Shown in pieces: positions 28,229 to 38,978 of a stretch of 64,000 bases of DNA (position 1 is the first letter of the stretch; every line of letters begins with the position of its first letter). Both the position numbers and the translations under genes were made by a program. A model generated the notes under the pieces. It worked only from the letters and a program-made list of their open reading frames with translations. It did no database searches and was not told the DNA's origin. The stretch is from an uncultured Acidimicrobiia bacterium. Its GTDB lineage: Bacteria > Acidobacteriota > Terriglobia > Versatilivoradales > Versatilivoraceae. The stretch spans positions 128,001 through 192,000 of the forward strand of contig CAWBAT010000008.1 in assembly GCA_963786955.1 (NCBI GenBank), written 5' to 3'.

Positions 28229-29390
28229 GCACGCAAATCATCGGCATGAGACCAAATCCGATGAACACAGGCACATAAGAATGGTGGTCAACCACCCAAC
28301 CGGTTAGCAGGGCGAATACCATCCCTCCAAATCCCGATCCCATGCTGGCGAGTCCCCAAATCGAACCCACGACGTTTTTTGGAAACAAGTCTGCCGGAAA
28401 AGCCAGCATATTGGCCACGCAACCGGTGTATCCGAGCATCGCCAGAGAAACGAGCGAAATCGAGATGGACGCGCTCTCCACCAACACGGCTGGAATCGTG
28501 GAGGCCATCAGACAGGCGAAGACCGTCACCGAAACTTTCCGGGCTACATTCAGCGAGACATTGCGCCGGATGAGAAATGCCGCTAACCAGCCTCCCATAA
28601 CATTACCGAGACAGGCGAAGGCAAATGGGATCCAGGCATACCGGCCAATTGCGTTCAAGTCAAAGTGACGGGCGCGCTTCAAATATTCCGGAAACCAGAA
28701 AATATAAAAGTACCAAACGGGATCCAGAAAAACTTTGGCTAGCGTGAAGCTCCAAACGAACCGCGTGCAGAAGAGCCGCCAGGTGGAAATCTTCAGGGGC
28801 TTTTCTTCCTGCTCGCTCTGGGGCGGGGTGTAGTACACGAGCAACCAAATGGCTACCCAGATCAGCCCCGTCGCTCCCAGGAAAACGAACGCCGCACGCC
28901 ATCCGAATTGCAGCACGATCCAGACCACTACAGGAGGTGCCAGGATCGCTCCTACCGATGAACCACTATTGAAAATTCCCGAGGCAAGTGCCCGTTCGGA
29001 AACAGGGAACCATTCGGCTACTACCTTGACGCCTCCTGGCCAGTTGCCGGCCTCACCCATTCCGAGCAAAAAACGATAAACACCAAGCGACCCTGAGCCA
29101 TTGGCTAATCCGTGCAACATGGCAGCCAGCGACCACCAGGCTGCGGTGAGTGCGTAGCCCATCCGCGTTCCAAGGCGATCAATCAGCGCACCGGAAACCC
29201 CGTTCATGATGGTGTAAGCGAGCATGAAGGCAAAGATGACTCTGGAGTACGTCACGTTGGTCATCTTGAATTGGTCAATCAAGAGAGGGGCGACAACGGA
29301 AAGTGTCTGGCGGTCCAGGTAATTGATGGCCGTGGCCCAAAACACCAGGGAAATCATCAACCACCGCGTTCGTGGGTTTTGTTTTTGCAC
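28167..29390 (-). CDS. MFS transporter, ExuT/hexuronate (ACS family)-like
   Basis: RW..ISLVF.ATAINYLDRQTLSV, RFLLGMGEAGNWPG, EWFP.SERALASGIFNSG and DPVWYFYIFWFP.YL. Confidence 0.9.
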   Translation of the reverse strand: MQKQNPRTRWLMISLVFWATAINYLDRQTLSVVAPLLIDQFKMTNVTYSRVIFAFMLAYTIMNGVSGALIDRLGTRMGYALTAAWWSLAAMLHGLANGSGSLGVYRFLLGMGEAGNWPGGVKVVAEWFPVSERALASGIFNSGSSVGAILAPPVVVWIVLQFGWRAAFVFLGATGLIWVAIWLLVYYTPPQSEQEEKPLKISTWRLFCTRFVWSFTLAKVFLDPVWYFYIFWFPEYLKRARHFDLNAIGRYAWIPFAFACLGNVMGGWLAAFLIRRNVSLNVARKVSVTVFACLMASTIPAVLVESASISISLVSLAMLGYTGCVANMLAFPADLFPKNVVGSIWGLASMGSGFGGMVFALLTGWVVDHHSYVPVFIGFGLMPMICVLILWALVSPLRQHERLDVRS

Positions 29391-29683
29391 AGAGGAATGT
29401 TTTCTCGAAGTGGACCAGAAAGCCGAATGAATCAGAGGAACCGAACAAGCAAAGATTGTCGCGGATCAATCGTGATTGTACAATGCCAAATGTGTTATTA
29501 CCGGTTGGAAACGGACAGGGAATCGCCAGTGGTCGAGGGATCCACACCAGACAAACGAAAACGGTGGGAGCAGACTTATGTCTGAATTCATCGTCTGGCA
29601 ACTCGACGCGCTCTGCTGCCCACGTTTGACAGATGTCGTTATTCGAATAGAAAGTAGGACTCATATGAAGGAGGGACATAAGA

Positions 29684-30955
29684 ATGAAGAATTACGAAAA
29701 TGGATCAGAAATCGCAGGGGAGCCTTCAGCGGGGTCGAGCTACAATTATGAACCGTATCCTCTCGAGGTCTCAGCCGCGCGCACGGCTCAGACTCAAATA
29801 AGAACCGGCGCGGGAGATCAAAGCGAAAATTCGACGACCCGGCGTGATTTTCTTCAAAAAGTGTCGCTCAACTCCGTGGGGTTTGCTCTGGCTTCCAAGT
29901 CCACGAACGCCTTCGGTGCGCAAGAGGCCAAGCCTGTCAGTTTGCCGGAAGGCAAGCCGCTTAAGGTGTTTTGTTATGACTTAAACTGGGTTCTATTGAA
30001 GAAGCCCATCGAGGAATTTGCGCCAGCGTCGGCAGAGGACTGGGCTTTCATTAGCCCTCAAGAGTACTTCGATTGGCATAAAGATCTGGGGGTCAACATT
30101 ATGTTTTGTCAGGCCTTCAATTTTGGCGGCTATGCCTACTACCCAACGAAATTTGGATCCATAGCCCCTGGGCCGGGACGGAACCTGTTGCCGGAACTGT
30201 TCAAGTTGTCGCGCAAAGCTCACATGCCTTTCCATTCGTATTTCTGTGTAGGAGCCGATTTGACGGTGAGTAATATGCGGGATTCTTGGGTCGTCCCGAC
30301 CAGCAAAAATGAATACGGCCATTGGGGATACCTTGGACCTGAAAGTCCCTGGACGGATCTGCTTTGTGCAAGGGTAGACGAATTTCTCCGCCAGTATCCC
30401 GTCGAATGGATTATGTTCGATTGGTTCTCGTATGGAAACATCGAGGCCCACGGTCTTCCGGTGCAGCCCGCCTGGTTTGTGAAAGCACCCTTCAAGGAGA
30501 TCATCGGCCGCGACATGCCGGATGAGGCCGCCAAGATAACGCCCGAAGAAAGCCTTAAATACAAGCGAGAAATTCTGGCCCGCCAGTTCTACCGTATCCG
30601 CGAGACAGTGCATAAGGCAAGCCGCGAGACAAAAATCTATTTCAATGTCCCATTCCGCATACCGGCTGCAGATGTTTGGGTGGATCACCCCATGCTCAAC
30701 GAGAGCGACTTACTTTTTGCTGAACTCGAATCCTGCGAAAAGGTGGAAGTTGTCGAATGGCTGCTGAAGATCCGCAAACCGGATCAGCGTGTGATGACTT
30801 CACTGAATTGTGATCCGGCTTCTTGGAAGAAGTGGCATGAGCGCGGTTGCGACTTTTTTGGAACGGTTGTGGGGACGCCACCCCAGTTCAAGCCCGATGC
30901 TTCCTATGCGGAGCGCCTGAAGATTGTCCGAGAGGCATTCAAGGAAATGTCATAG
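29684..30955 (+). CDS. Tat-exported uncharacterised TIM-barrel protein, GH29-like (paralog of 41459-42640)
   Basis: TRRDFLQ motif; GYAYYPTK, GRNLLPEL, YF..G and WIMFDW resemble the GH29/GH-R barrel core. Confidence 0.55.
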   Translation: MKNYENGSEIAGEPSAGSSYNYEPYPLEVSAARTAQTQIRTGAGDQSENSTTRRDFLQKVSLNSVGFALASKSTNAFGAQEAKPVSLPEGKPLKVFCYDLNWVLLKKPIEEFAPASAEDWAFISPQEYFDWHKDLGVNIMFCQAFNFGGYAYYPTKFGSIAPGPGRNLLPELFKLSRKAHMPFHSYFCVGADLTVSNMRDSWVVPTSKNEYGHWGYLGPESPWTDLLCARVDEFLRQYPVEWIMFDWFSYGNIEAHGLPVQPAWFVKAPFKEIIGRDMPDEAAKITPEESLKYKREILARQFYRIRETVHKASRETKIYFNVPFRIPAADVWVDHPMLNESDLLFAELESCEKVEVVEWLLKIRKPDQRVMTSLNCDPASWKKWHERGCDFFGTVVGTPPQFKPDASYAERLKIVREAFKEMS

Positions 30956-31082
30956 CACGAACTGCGGAGAGGGAAGATCGTCGGCCTCATCAACAACTCA
31001 CGCGTTGTGATTACGCGTGATTGGATTGTCAGGAAACCCCCGACAAAGCCTGGAGAATTATCGCCCGGATCCCCACGTCTGC

Positions 31083-33695
31083 TCAGGATTTCTTGGCTGC
31101 CTGGAGGATGCGATCGACGAACCCTCCCGGAGCGCAGAATGCGGCAAGGTCCTTTCCCTCCGCGGCGGCCGGCACAATCCATAACAACATGTTCTGGACC
31201 AGAAATGTTCCGAGCGTCTTCTGCCCTGAATCGCCGCGAATGACATTGGGCTGATCCCAGGTATATCCCCACTCGACGTTCAAAGCATATTGGCAGCGCC
31301 GAATCAGTTCCAATCCGAATTCCCTTTGCCCCTCGTACATGTAAGTGGCGCCCAGGATATCGATCTCGGGCACGAAAAACGTATTGATGCCATAGCCGAT
31401 CCCTTCCGCGAGATTTCCCTGTGGGGTGACGACGTCGGATGCACCATACTTTGTAATCGACGCATTGAGCCGTTTGATGGTTTCGAGCGCGGCCTTGACG
31501 CGGTCGGCACGGAAAATCCCCGGCAGTCCGTGGAATTTGACCATCCACTGCCCGTCGAGTTGATAGCCAAAGACGAGGTCAGATTTCTTTCCGGTCTTGG
31601 GCTCGTTATAGAGCAGGTAGTAACTGCCGGCCCACATTTTCTCTTCCATGGAGCGACTGCCTGCCTCGAGCCAGACCCGGCATTGGCGCTCAAACTCTGT
31701 GTCACCAATTTTTTTCGCCATGCGTTCGGCGATTGCAAGCTGAGCCAAATGGATCCCGCCCACATGAGTCACCATGCCGTACAACTGTACGGCCTCAAAC
31801 CACTCCAGGAGCACTCCGGGTTCCCGCTTCGGATTATAGGGATCGACGTTGCCGGTAGGGACACTGATGATTCCGTCATCTCCATCTTCGGGTCTGAGGC
31901 CCATGGTGAAAATCGTGTTCTTCTTAATCGAAGGATAGAACTCTTTGAGTAGCGGATCATCGCCGACTCGCGTCAGAATGCGATCCACCATATCCACGTA
32001 ACAGGCGCCATTGGTGGTAGTTTGAAAACCGGGCGAGGGAGTCACCATCTCGGTTCCGGCGGTTTCCAGGTACCCTCCCTTGGCCACCGCGGACACTCCT
32101 CCCCATAGCCAGGGCGCCGCCCCGTTCGGGAATTGATAAGCCTTGTAGCCCCGCATTTCCGAAACCGCCAATTCCGGGAAGAAGTAGACCAGTGGCAGAT
32201 GGGCGTAGAAAATATCCGGGATGACTTCCATGTCCGGCCAGTCGATGATGCCAGACATCAATCCGAACAGGCCGTCCTCTTTGCGGCACCAGTCTCCAAT
32301 GGGAGGCTGGGCCACCGCCCAGAAACTGCAAATCGGGAATAAGTGCAGGATATTGACCAGCGCTTCCCTTAACCACACGGGGTATTGGGTTTCGCCATAG
32401 ATCACTTGTTGCCAGGCGAGGACGCGGCCAAGCAGCGAAGTGTGCTCCCGGCTGACAAATTGGGCCACCTCCAAAGCGTTCTTGAATCGTGTCGTGTACA
32501 TGTGGGCAAAGTTATGATCGCCTTCTCCGATCCAGAGTGGAGCGTACCAGGCCAGCACAAACCGGATGACCTTCTTTTCGCCGGGCTGCAGTTGGTAATC
32601 CACCGCCATCGAACGGCTGAGATCCATCTCCTTTGCCCGAGGAAGTACAGAACCAATTTTGGACCAGGCGTCCCCGGAGTGGATGGCCGTCCCATCCCCT
32701 CCAAGCCCCGCGCCGTACCGCGCTTTCGCACTGCCAATCACCCCCAGGGCATAGCCCACGTTGTTTTCCAATTCCGAGCTTACCCACAAACCGGTGAAAT
32801 CCCCTTCCGATTCGACGACGCGAGCGCGTACTTCCCGTTCTGCCACGGGAAGCCAAGTGTGGGGATTCTTTCCGGGCATGCTTGTGCCGTGGAGCATTTT
32901 GCGAGGGCTGCCCGGTGCGATCTGGACTTCCTCTTGAGTGGGTCCCGGAAAACTGAAAGCAAGTACCCCCTGCTGCGGCAAATTCGTCTGATTGCGGAGA
33001 TGCACTTCAAATACGGCGGCGGGCGTGTTACTTGCGGCGGAATCTCCAGGAATGAATGGACTCCATGCGCGCAACCCCACGCGAACCGGGGAGCCAGCAG
33101 TTTCATATTCAAGATCGGCCACCGGGAAGTGGCCCCAGTAATGAATTTCACTGGGGCTTCCGCCGTCTGTGGAGTACCAGCTTTCATTGGAACTGAGCGA
33201 TGCCGTGGTGAGCAGCCACATCTGCTTGCCAACGGTAAAGCCCAGGAATGGGAGTTTCAGCGGTCCCCGCATCGGCACGAAGGAATTGAAGATGGAAGTC
33301 AAACCGAGCCTTCCATCCGTCTCGAGCATAAGACAACCGGTGTCGAGACTTCCCAAAGGCATGCCAAACGTTGCCGGATTCTTTCGCCCGCGGATGATTC
33401 CGCAAACCGGTTTGGAAAACCCCGCGGCAGGGAACTCGGACCATTCATTTGCCTTGAGGTTCGTGGGAAAGAGCGAATCGCCCAGTGCCGATTCTTCGAT
33501 TCGCGCTGAGGAAGGGTCGGCAGCCCCAGGAAGTGGAGCGGCAGCGCTTTGATCACCGCCGCCAAACAACTGATAGGCACCTGCTAGGGACGCCAGCGAA
33601 CCTCGCAAAAAGTTTCGTCTGTCCAATGAATTCCTCCATGAGGGAATCTCCGCGGACGGATGCTTCGCACTTAGGGTCTGTCCGGGGATATCCAT
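31083..33695 (-). CDS. Tat-exported GH116 family glycoside hydrolase
   Basis: DRRNFLR; GMPLGSLDTG, YWGHFPVADL, AWSPFIPGDSAASNTPAAVF, YFFPELA and YQLDGQW are typical of the GH116 N-terminal and catalytic domains. Confidence 0.8.
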   Translation of the reverse strand: MDIPGQTLSAKHPSAEIPSWRNSLDRRNFLRGSLASLAGAYQLFGGGDQSAAAPLPGAADPSSARIEESALGDSLFPTNLKANEWSEFPAAGFSKPVCGIIRGRKNPATFGMPLGSLDTGCLMLETDGRLGLTSIFNSFVPMRGPLKLPFLGFTVGKQMWLLTTASLSSNESWYSTDGGSPSEIHYWGHFPVADLEYETAGSPVRVGLRAWSPFIPGDSAASNTPAAVFEVHLRNQTNLPQQGVLAFSFPGPTQEEVQIAPGSPRKMLHGTSMPGKNPHTWLPVAEREVRARVVESEGDFTGLWVSSELENNVGYALGVIGSAKARYGAGLGGDGTAIHSGDAWSKIGSVLPRAKEMDLSRSMAVDYQLQPGEKKVIRFVLAWYAPLWIGEGDHNFAHMYTTRFKNALEVAQFVSREHTSLLGRVLAWQQVIYGETQYPVWLREALVNILHLFPICSFWAVAQPPIGDWCRKEDGLFGLMSGIIDWPDMEVIPDIFYAHLPLVYFFPELAVSEMRGYKAYQFPNGAAPWLWGGVSAVAKGGYLETAGTEMVTPSPGFQTTTNGACYVDMVDRILTRVGDDPLLKEFYPSIKKNTIFTMGLRPEDGDDGIISVPTGNVDPYNPKREPGVLLEWFEAVQLYGMVTHVGGIHLAQLAIAERMAKKIGDTEFERQCRVWLEAGSRSMEEKMWAGSYYLLYNEPKTGKKSDLVFGYQLDGQWMVKFHGLPGIFRADRVKAALETIKRLNASITKYGASDVVTPQGNLAEGIGYGINTFFVPEIDILGATYMYEGQREFGLELIRRCQYALNVEWGYTWDQPNVIRGDSGQKTLGTFLVQNMLLWIVPAAAEGKDLAAFCAPGGFVDRILQAAKKS

Positions 33696-34056
33696 TGTGG
33701 TTTCCGACTCGCGGCGACTATACACTTTGACAACTTTGTTCGCAATCCTCCCTCAAAAATGCCAACAGTTACTACTCTGTTTCGTGAAGGGTCTCTCCTG
33801 TAATGGTGCTCATAGAGTGTCGTAGAAACTCTCCCCTCCTTTTTTAAGGAGGGGATATAGGGGTGGTAGGTATTACCTTGTCCACTTCTTTCCAGAAGGA
33901 AGGCGTGAGGAGGAATGCAACTCAGTCGGGCTTCAAAATTGGAAATAATTCTCATTCCCCCTTTCACGGGTTTCAGAAATGTTGTGCTAAACTGGGGCAG
34001 TCGGTTTTATACTTTGTTCGAAACGCTGCCGCCAGGCCTAACCAGCATCGCCGTTG

Positions 34057-35901
34057 ATGCGCCAGCATTCAGATCCACCCAGGAAACCTCACGTGAAATC
34101 CTTTCGCCGCCATTTTCTTGGCTCTTTGTCTGTCCTACTGAGTTCCAAACTACTCGATGCGGTCACGACTCCCCTCTGGAAATGGAGTAGTATACCAACC
34201 CTTTCCGCTGCGCCGCTTCTTGTTCCTGACGAAACCTCACCAGTTACATTTGTAGATGTGGCTGAAGAAGCGGGGCTGGTCACCCCGAACGTCTGGGGAG
34301 GAGTGGAACGCAAGAAGTACATTATCGAAGCCAAAGGGAGTGGACTGGCGTTCTTCGATTACGACAATGACGGTTGGCTGGATATCTACCTGACGAACGG
34401 ACTCCGATTGGGAGAGACCTACGAGCCTGGAAAAGCTCCGATCCAACATCTCTTTAAGAACAACCGCGACGGGACATTTACTGATGTGACCGAAAAAGCT
34501 GGTTTGGCGCGGAGTGGCTGGGGCACGGGAATCTGCGTCGGTGATTACAACAATGATGGTTGGGACGACCTGTTCTGTTGCTATTGGGGTCACAACGTCC
34601 TTTGGCACAACAATGGAGACGGCACTTTCACGGATGTGACAAGGAAAGCGGGACTCTGGGAAGAACGCGTGAGATGGGGTTCAGGTTGTTCGTGGGTTGA
34701 TTATGATCGCGACGGCCTTCTTGACCTATTCGTTTGCAATTACCTTGAATTCGACATGAAGAATATCCCCTCCCCGGGTGAATCTCGCTATTGCCAGTGG
34801 AAAGGCCTGCCCGTGATGTGCGGGCCTCGTGGACTTCCCGGCGGGATGAATATTCTTTACCATAACCGCGGGGATGGAACGTTTGCCGATGTTTCGGAAA
34901 AGGCAGGCATTCTGAAACCTGGGCCGAGGTATTCCATTACTGCCGTTGCCTATGACTTTGACAATGACGGCTGGCCTGATATTTATGTGGCTGTAGACTC
35001 GGCTCCGAGTATGTTGTTTCATAATAACCGTGACGGATCATTTACAGAAACGGCTATGGTAGCGGGCTGCGCGTTTAGCGAGGATGGGCAGGAGCAGGCC
35101 GGCATGGGTGTGGGTGTGGGAGACTATGACTGTGACGGATGGTTTGACATCTTCAAAACCAATTTCGCCGATGATACCGCTGACCTATACCATAACTTTG
35201 GGGACGGGACTTTTGAAGTCGTCACATTCCCGGCAGGTGTTGGGGTTAACACCCAATACGTCTGCTGGGGAGCCGGGTTTATGGATTATGACAACGACGG
35301 CTGGGTGGATATTTTTCAGGTCAACGGTCACGTATACCCTGAAATTGAAAAGATGCTGACCGGCGTAAGCTTCAAGAACCCGCGTATTGTTTACAGGAAT
35401 CTCGGCAACGGAAAGTTCAAGGATGTCTCAGCCCAAATGGGTCCTGGGGTGAATGAGAGATTTTCCAGCCGCGGCTGTGCTTTTGGGGATTACGACAACG
35501 ATGGGGATATCGATGTCGTGGTCATGAACATGAATGACAGGCCCTCTCTCCTGCGCAATGACGGGGGAAATAAGAACAATTGGATCAAACTTAAATTGAT
35601 TGGCACACAGTGTAATCGCAGCGCAATTGGCGCGCGTGCTCGGGTGACAATAGGGAAACACTCTCAAATGGACGAGGTCCACACGGGCACTAGCGTCATG
35701 TCGCAAAGCGACTTGCGCCTTCACTTCGGCGTTGGCGATGCAAAGGTCATTGACCTCATCGAAATAAAGTGGCCCACAACGTGGAAAACGGAAGTGTTTA
35801 AATCGGTCAAAGTGAATCAGATTCTCACCATTAAGGAGGGGCGCGGAATAATCAAGGCCGAAGTGCTTCAAGCGCCAGGGAAACTCGTTGTCGTGAAGTA
35901 A
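34057..35901 (+). CDS. CRTAC1-family FG-GAP repeat / ASPIC-UnbV domain protein
   Basis: Multiple DYDNDGWLD repeats and NNRDGTFTDVT; C-terminal NRSAIGAR..SQSDLRLHFG. Confidence 0.92.
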   Translation: MRQHSDPPRKPHVKSFRRHFLGSLSVLLSSKLLDAVTTPLWKWSSIPTLSAAPLLVPDETSPVTFVDVAEEAGLVTPNVWGGVERKKYIIEAKGSGLAFFDYDNDGWLDIYLTNGLRLGETYEPGKAPIQHLFKNNRDGTFTDVTEKAGLARSGWGTGICVGDYNNDGWDDLFCCYWGHNVLWHNNGDGTFTDVTRKAGLWEERVRWGSGCSWVDYDRDGLLDLFVCNYLEFDMKNIPSPGESRYCQWKGLPVMCGPRGLPGGMNILYHNRGDGTFADVSEKAGILKPGPRYSITAVAYDFDNDGWPDIYVAVDSAPSMLFHNNRDGSFTETAMVAGCAFSEDGQEQAGMGVGVGDYDCDGWFDIFKTNFADDTADLYHNFGDGTFEVVTFPAGVGVNTQYVCWGAGFMDYDNDGWVDIFQVNGHVYPEIEKMLTGVSFKNPRIVYRNLGNGKFKDVSAQMGPGVNERFSSRGCAFGDYDNDGDIDVVVMNMNDRPSLLRNDGGNKNNWIKLKLIGTQCNRSAIGARARVTIGKHSQMDEVHTGTSVMSQSDLRLHFGVGDAKVIDLIEIKWPTTWKTEVFKSVKVNQILTIKEGRGIIKAEVLQAPGKLVVVK

Positions 35902-36018
35902 TTTCCTGGCCACCTTTCGCCCATGCGGAAAGGCGCTTCGGTTTTGACAGTTGATCCACTGTGAACATCGCGGCCGGGAACCCGGGCCGCGCAGCAGCCG
36001 GAAGGGAATAGCCTTATC

Positions 36019-38859
36019 GTGCGCCAACATGCTGTGCTGTTAATGAAGGGCTTATTTATTGCGATATTAACCCTGCTGGCCCATGGGGCCGGTGGGAGAG
36101 CCCAGTCCCCGCAACCAGCCAAAACCATCAACCCGCATTCCGTCCAACAATCTTCATCCCAAGAAAAGGTCTCATTTCCTCTTAGCGGAACCGCTCCGAT
36201 CACGCCTCCACTTTCCGGCGATATTCGTGAGGAACAACGCCAGCAGATTATCCGTTATTACCTGCAGCAAATCGCCGCCACCCCAGACAAACGGGATCGT
36301 CTCTGGCACCCTAACTTTTCCTCAACTGCTTTCTACCAGACATCTCTTCAAGAGCATCAGAACCGCCTGCGCGAGATGTTAGGGCTCATCCAGCCGGAGC
36401 TGGGACCGCCACAGGTTAAGCTCCTCGCGGAAAAGAAAAATCTGCGGATCGAGGAACTGACCCTTCCAATCGACCAGGAGTTGAGCGTGCGTGCCTTTAT
36501 TTTCTTGCCGCACTCCAGTGCGCCTACGGCCGCCGTCATTGTGATTCCCCCGGATAATCAAAGCCGCGAAGAATTCACCGGGGCTGCAACAGGGATGAAG
36601 CCTGCCAAATGGTTACGCGCGCTCCTTGAGCGAAACATCGCGGTTGCGGTTCCACTCATGGCGGAACGCCGCGATGATCATCCGATCTGCCGGCAGGCGG
36701 GCGGGAAGGATCGCCGGCGAGTGTTATGGCGGGCGGGCTTTATCGTCGGCCGTACCCTGGTCGGGTTGGAAGTGCAGCAAGTGCTGGCTCTCCGGGAATT
36801 CCTGGCTTCCCAGAAAGAGATCAATGGCAAACAAATTGCCGTGATGGGTGAAGGTCAGGGGGGGATGACCGCGTTGTATGCGGGGGCTGTGGAGGGGCGC
36901 TTCGCGGCAGTTGCAAGCCTTGACTACTTCCAGCAAAGGGAAAATTGCTGGGAAGAACCCGTAGACCGCGTCCTCTATGGACAACTGAACGAATTCGCCG
37001 ATGCGGAGGTGGCTGCGCTGATCGCTCCTCGACCTTTGTGGATTGTCACGAAGCCAGGAGTTGTGATTCCTCTGGCCAGTGTAACGGCCGAATTCAGCCG
37101 CGCACAGCGCTTTTACAAGGGGCTGAGGATACCGGGAAACCTGAAGATCATTGCTGCCTCTAATGCTGGACTCGAAGACGCGGCAATAAAGATCGCTTCG
37201 TTGTTTGGTGGTTTGCAGAAAGGCAAGACGGCTGAATTTACCCTGCGCATTTTGCCGGAGCAAATCGAGGGTGCTCGAAATCAGAATTTTGAAGCTCTCT
37301 TTGCATACCTCCGGCGCCTAGACACCGTGAGTGAACAAGTCCGGGCAGACTATTGGCAACTCAACTCGATACCGCCCCAGGAACGCCCGCTGAAGGCGCA
37401 GAAGCTCCGAACGGAATTAGCCGGCTTGATGGGTGAATTCACGTTTGAAGCGGTTCCACTGCGTCCTCGCACGGGTTTGATTGGAGAAACGGAGAAGTTT
37501 TTGGCTTATGAAGTTGTGCTGGACGTTGCGCCGGGCATCGAAGTGTATGGGCACCTTCTGGTTCCTCGAACTGTGGCGGGCCAGGTCAAGAAACGCCTTC
37601 CGGCAGTTGTCTGTCAGCACGGCTTCGACGGCGCTCCGAAGTATATCACCGGCATTGGGACCGAACTCGAGAACAACGATCATTTTTATCACCGGTTCGG
37701 AGAACGTCTGGTTGAGCGTGGCTACGTCGTCTTTGCCCCCTATATGACGGTTCCGGAAGACCACCGCCCCCCCAACATCGTGTACCGGGCAGATCTCATC
37801 AATCCGTTAGTGCGTCTGACCGCTTCACTGGGCTTGATGCGCACGAGCATTGAACTGACGAAGCTCCATCGGGTGGTTGATTTTCTGCAGTCATTGTCTT
37901 TTGTCGACCCGGACCGGATCGGTTATTACGGCTTGTCCTATGGCGGTTATTCGGCCATTTGGATGGCCCCTTTGGAACCACGTCTGAAGCTGGCTGTCAT
38001 TTCGGCCCACTTTAACGACTGGCAAACAATGCTCACTGATACAGAGCGTTACGGCGACTCCTATTGGACGCTTCCGGACGAGGACTTTTACAACTGGAAC
38101 GTCCTCAACCGATTCGTGCATACCCAACTGATCGCCGCAATGTGGCCGCGCCCGGTATGCATCGAATATGGTTCAGGGGATCCCGTGACGACTCCCGAGT
38201 GGCATGAGCGGGCCTGGAAAGAGGTGAAAGCGTTTGGCGACTCATGGGACATGCAAGACAAGCTGGTGGATGACCGTTTCAACGGAGGCCACACCATCCA
38301 CGGGATTGGGACATTTTTCTTTCTGGACCGATGGCTTCGACCGGAACGGTCGGCGGGACGTGACTATGGCTGCTGCGATGACGAATTCTGCGACAAGACC
38401 ATGGCGCCCGACTATCATGGATACATTCCGGCATCCAAAAACTCTGTGCCCTATGCCGCGCAACTTCTGAGCTCAGGTCCTAATTCAACGATGCGCGGCA
38501 GATTTTACGTTTCTGACGGCAAGACTGTGTTGACGGGCGTGGCCTTTAAATTTGCAAGCAACGGCAATCCCGGAGACCTTCTCGTGCGGTTCGGGTCTTC
38601 GGAAGGGTCGGATGATCTAGGAGAAGCAAGGATCTCCGGGAAGGACGTGTATCCTCAGGTAGATCTGTGGTACGAAGCCGCTCTCAGCAAGCCAATTCGG
38701 CTGGACCCCAAGAAATTGTACTTCTTTGAAATCACAGTGGCATCGGGACAGGTTCCCGGAGATGGCTACACCGTCTTCGGACCGAAACCTTTGGGCGGTG
38801 AGGATGATGCTTCCCATTTTGGATTGTCCTTTCGAACGCTGACGAGAAAGAATGAATAG
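36019..38859 (+). CDS. Secreted tandem alpha/beta-hydrolase (acetyl-xylan-esterase/dienelactone-hydrolase-like)
   Basis: Signal peptide; two hydrolase modules with elbows GEGQGG (degenerate) and GLSYGG; PAVVCQHG, GGH and a C-terminal beta-rich domain. Confidence 0.75.
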   Translation: MRQHAVLLMKGLFIAILTLLAHGAGGRAQSPQPAKTINPHSVQQSSSQEKVSFPLSGTAPITPPLSGDIREEQRQQIIRYYLQQIAATPDKRDRLWHPNFSSTAFYQTSLQEHQNRLREMLGLIQPELGPPQVKLLAEKKNLRIEELTLPIDQELSVRAFIFLPHSSAPTAAVIVIPPDNQSREEFTGAATGMKPAKWLRALLERNIAVAVPLMAERRDDHPICRQAGGKDRRRVLWRAGFIVGRTLVGLEVQQVLALREFLASQKEINGKQIAVMGEGQGGMTALYAGAVEGRFAAVASLDYFQQRENCWEEPVDRVLYGQLNEFADAEVAALIAPRPLWIVTKPGVVIPLASVTAEFSRAQRFYKGLRIPGNLKIIAASNAGLEDAAIKIASLFGGLQKGKTAEFTLRILPEQIEGARNQNFEALFAYLRRLDTVSEQVRADYWQLNSIPPQERPLKAQKLRTELAGLMGEFTFEAVPLRPRTGLIGETEKFLAYEVVLDVAPGIEVYGHLLVPRTVAGQVKKRLPAVVCQHGFDGAPKYITGIGTELENNDHFYHRFGERLVERGYVVFAPYMTVPEDHRPPNIVYRADLINPLVRLTASLGLMRTSIELTKLHRVVDFLQSLSFVDPDRIGYYGLSYGGYSAIWMAPLEPRLKLAVISAHFNDWQTMLTDTERYGDSYWTLPDEDFYNWNVLNRFVHTQLIAAMWPRPVCIEYGSGDPVTTPEWHERAWKEVKAFGDSWDMQDKLVDDRFNGGHTIHGIGTFFFLDRWLRPERSAGRDYGCCDDEFCDKTMAPDYHGYIPASKNSVPYAAQLLSSGPNSTMRGRFYVSDGKTVLTGVAFKFASNGNPGDLLVRFGSSEGSDDLGEARISGKDVYPQVDLWYEAALSKPIRLDPKKLYFFEITVASGQVPGDGYTVFGPKPLGGEDDASHFGLSFRTLTRKNE

Positions 38860-38978
38860 GCCCCTCTTACGAGAGGGGATCTTTTATTATTCCCCTCCTA
38901 TGCTGGAGGCGCTAGAGCTGGGTCTCTTTTTGGTAGCGATGGCTGGCAAATTTCATTTTTCACCGGAGGACTCTACCT

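Noticed and set aside
34350-35530. Recurrent GAYTAYGAYAAYGAYGG-like nucleotide repeats
   Set aside because: Explained by FG-GAP (DYDNDG) protein repeats.
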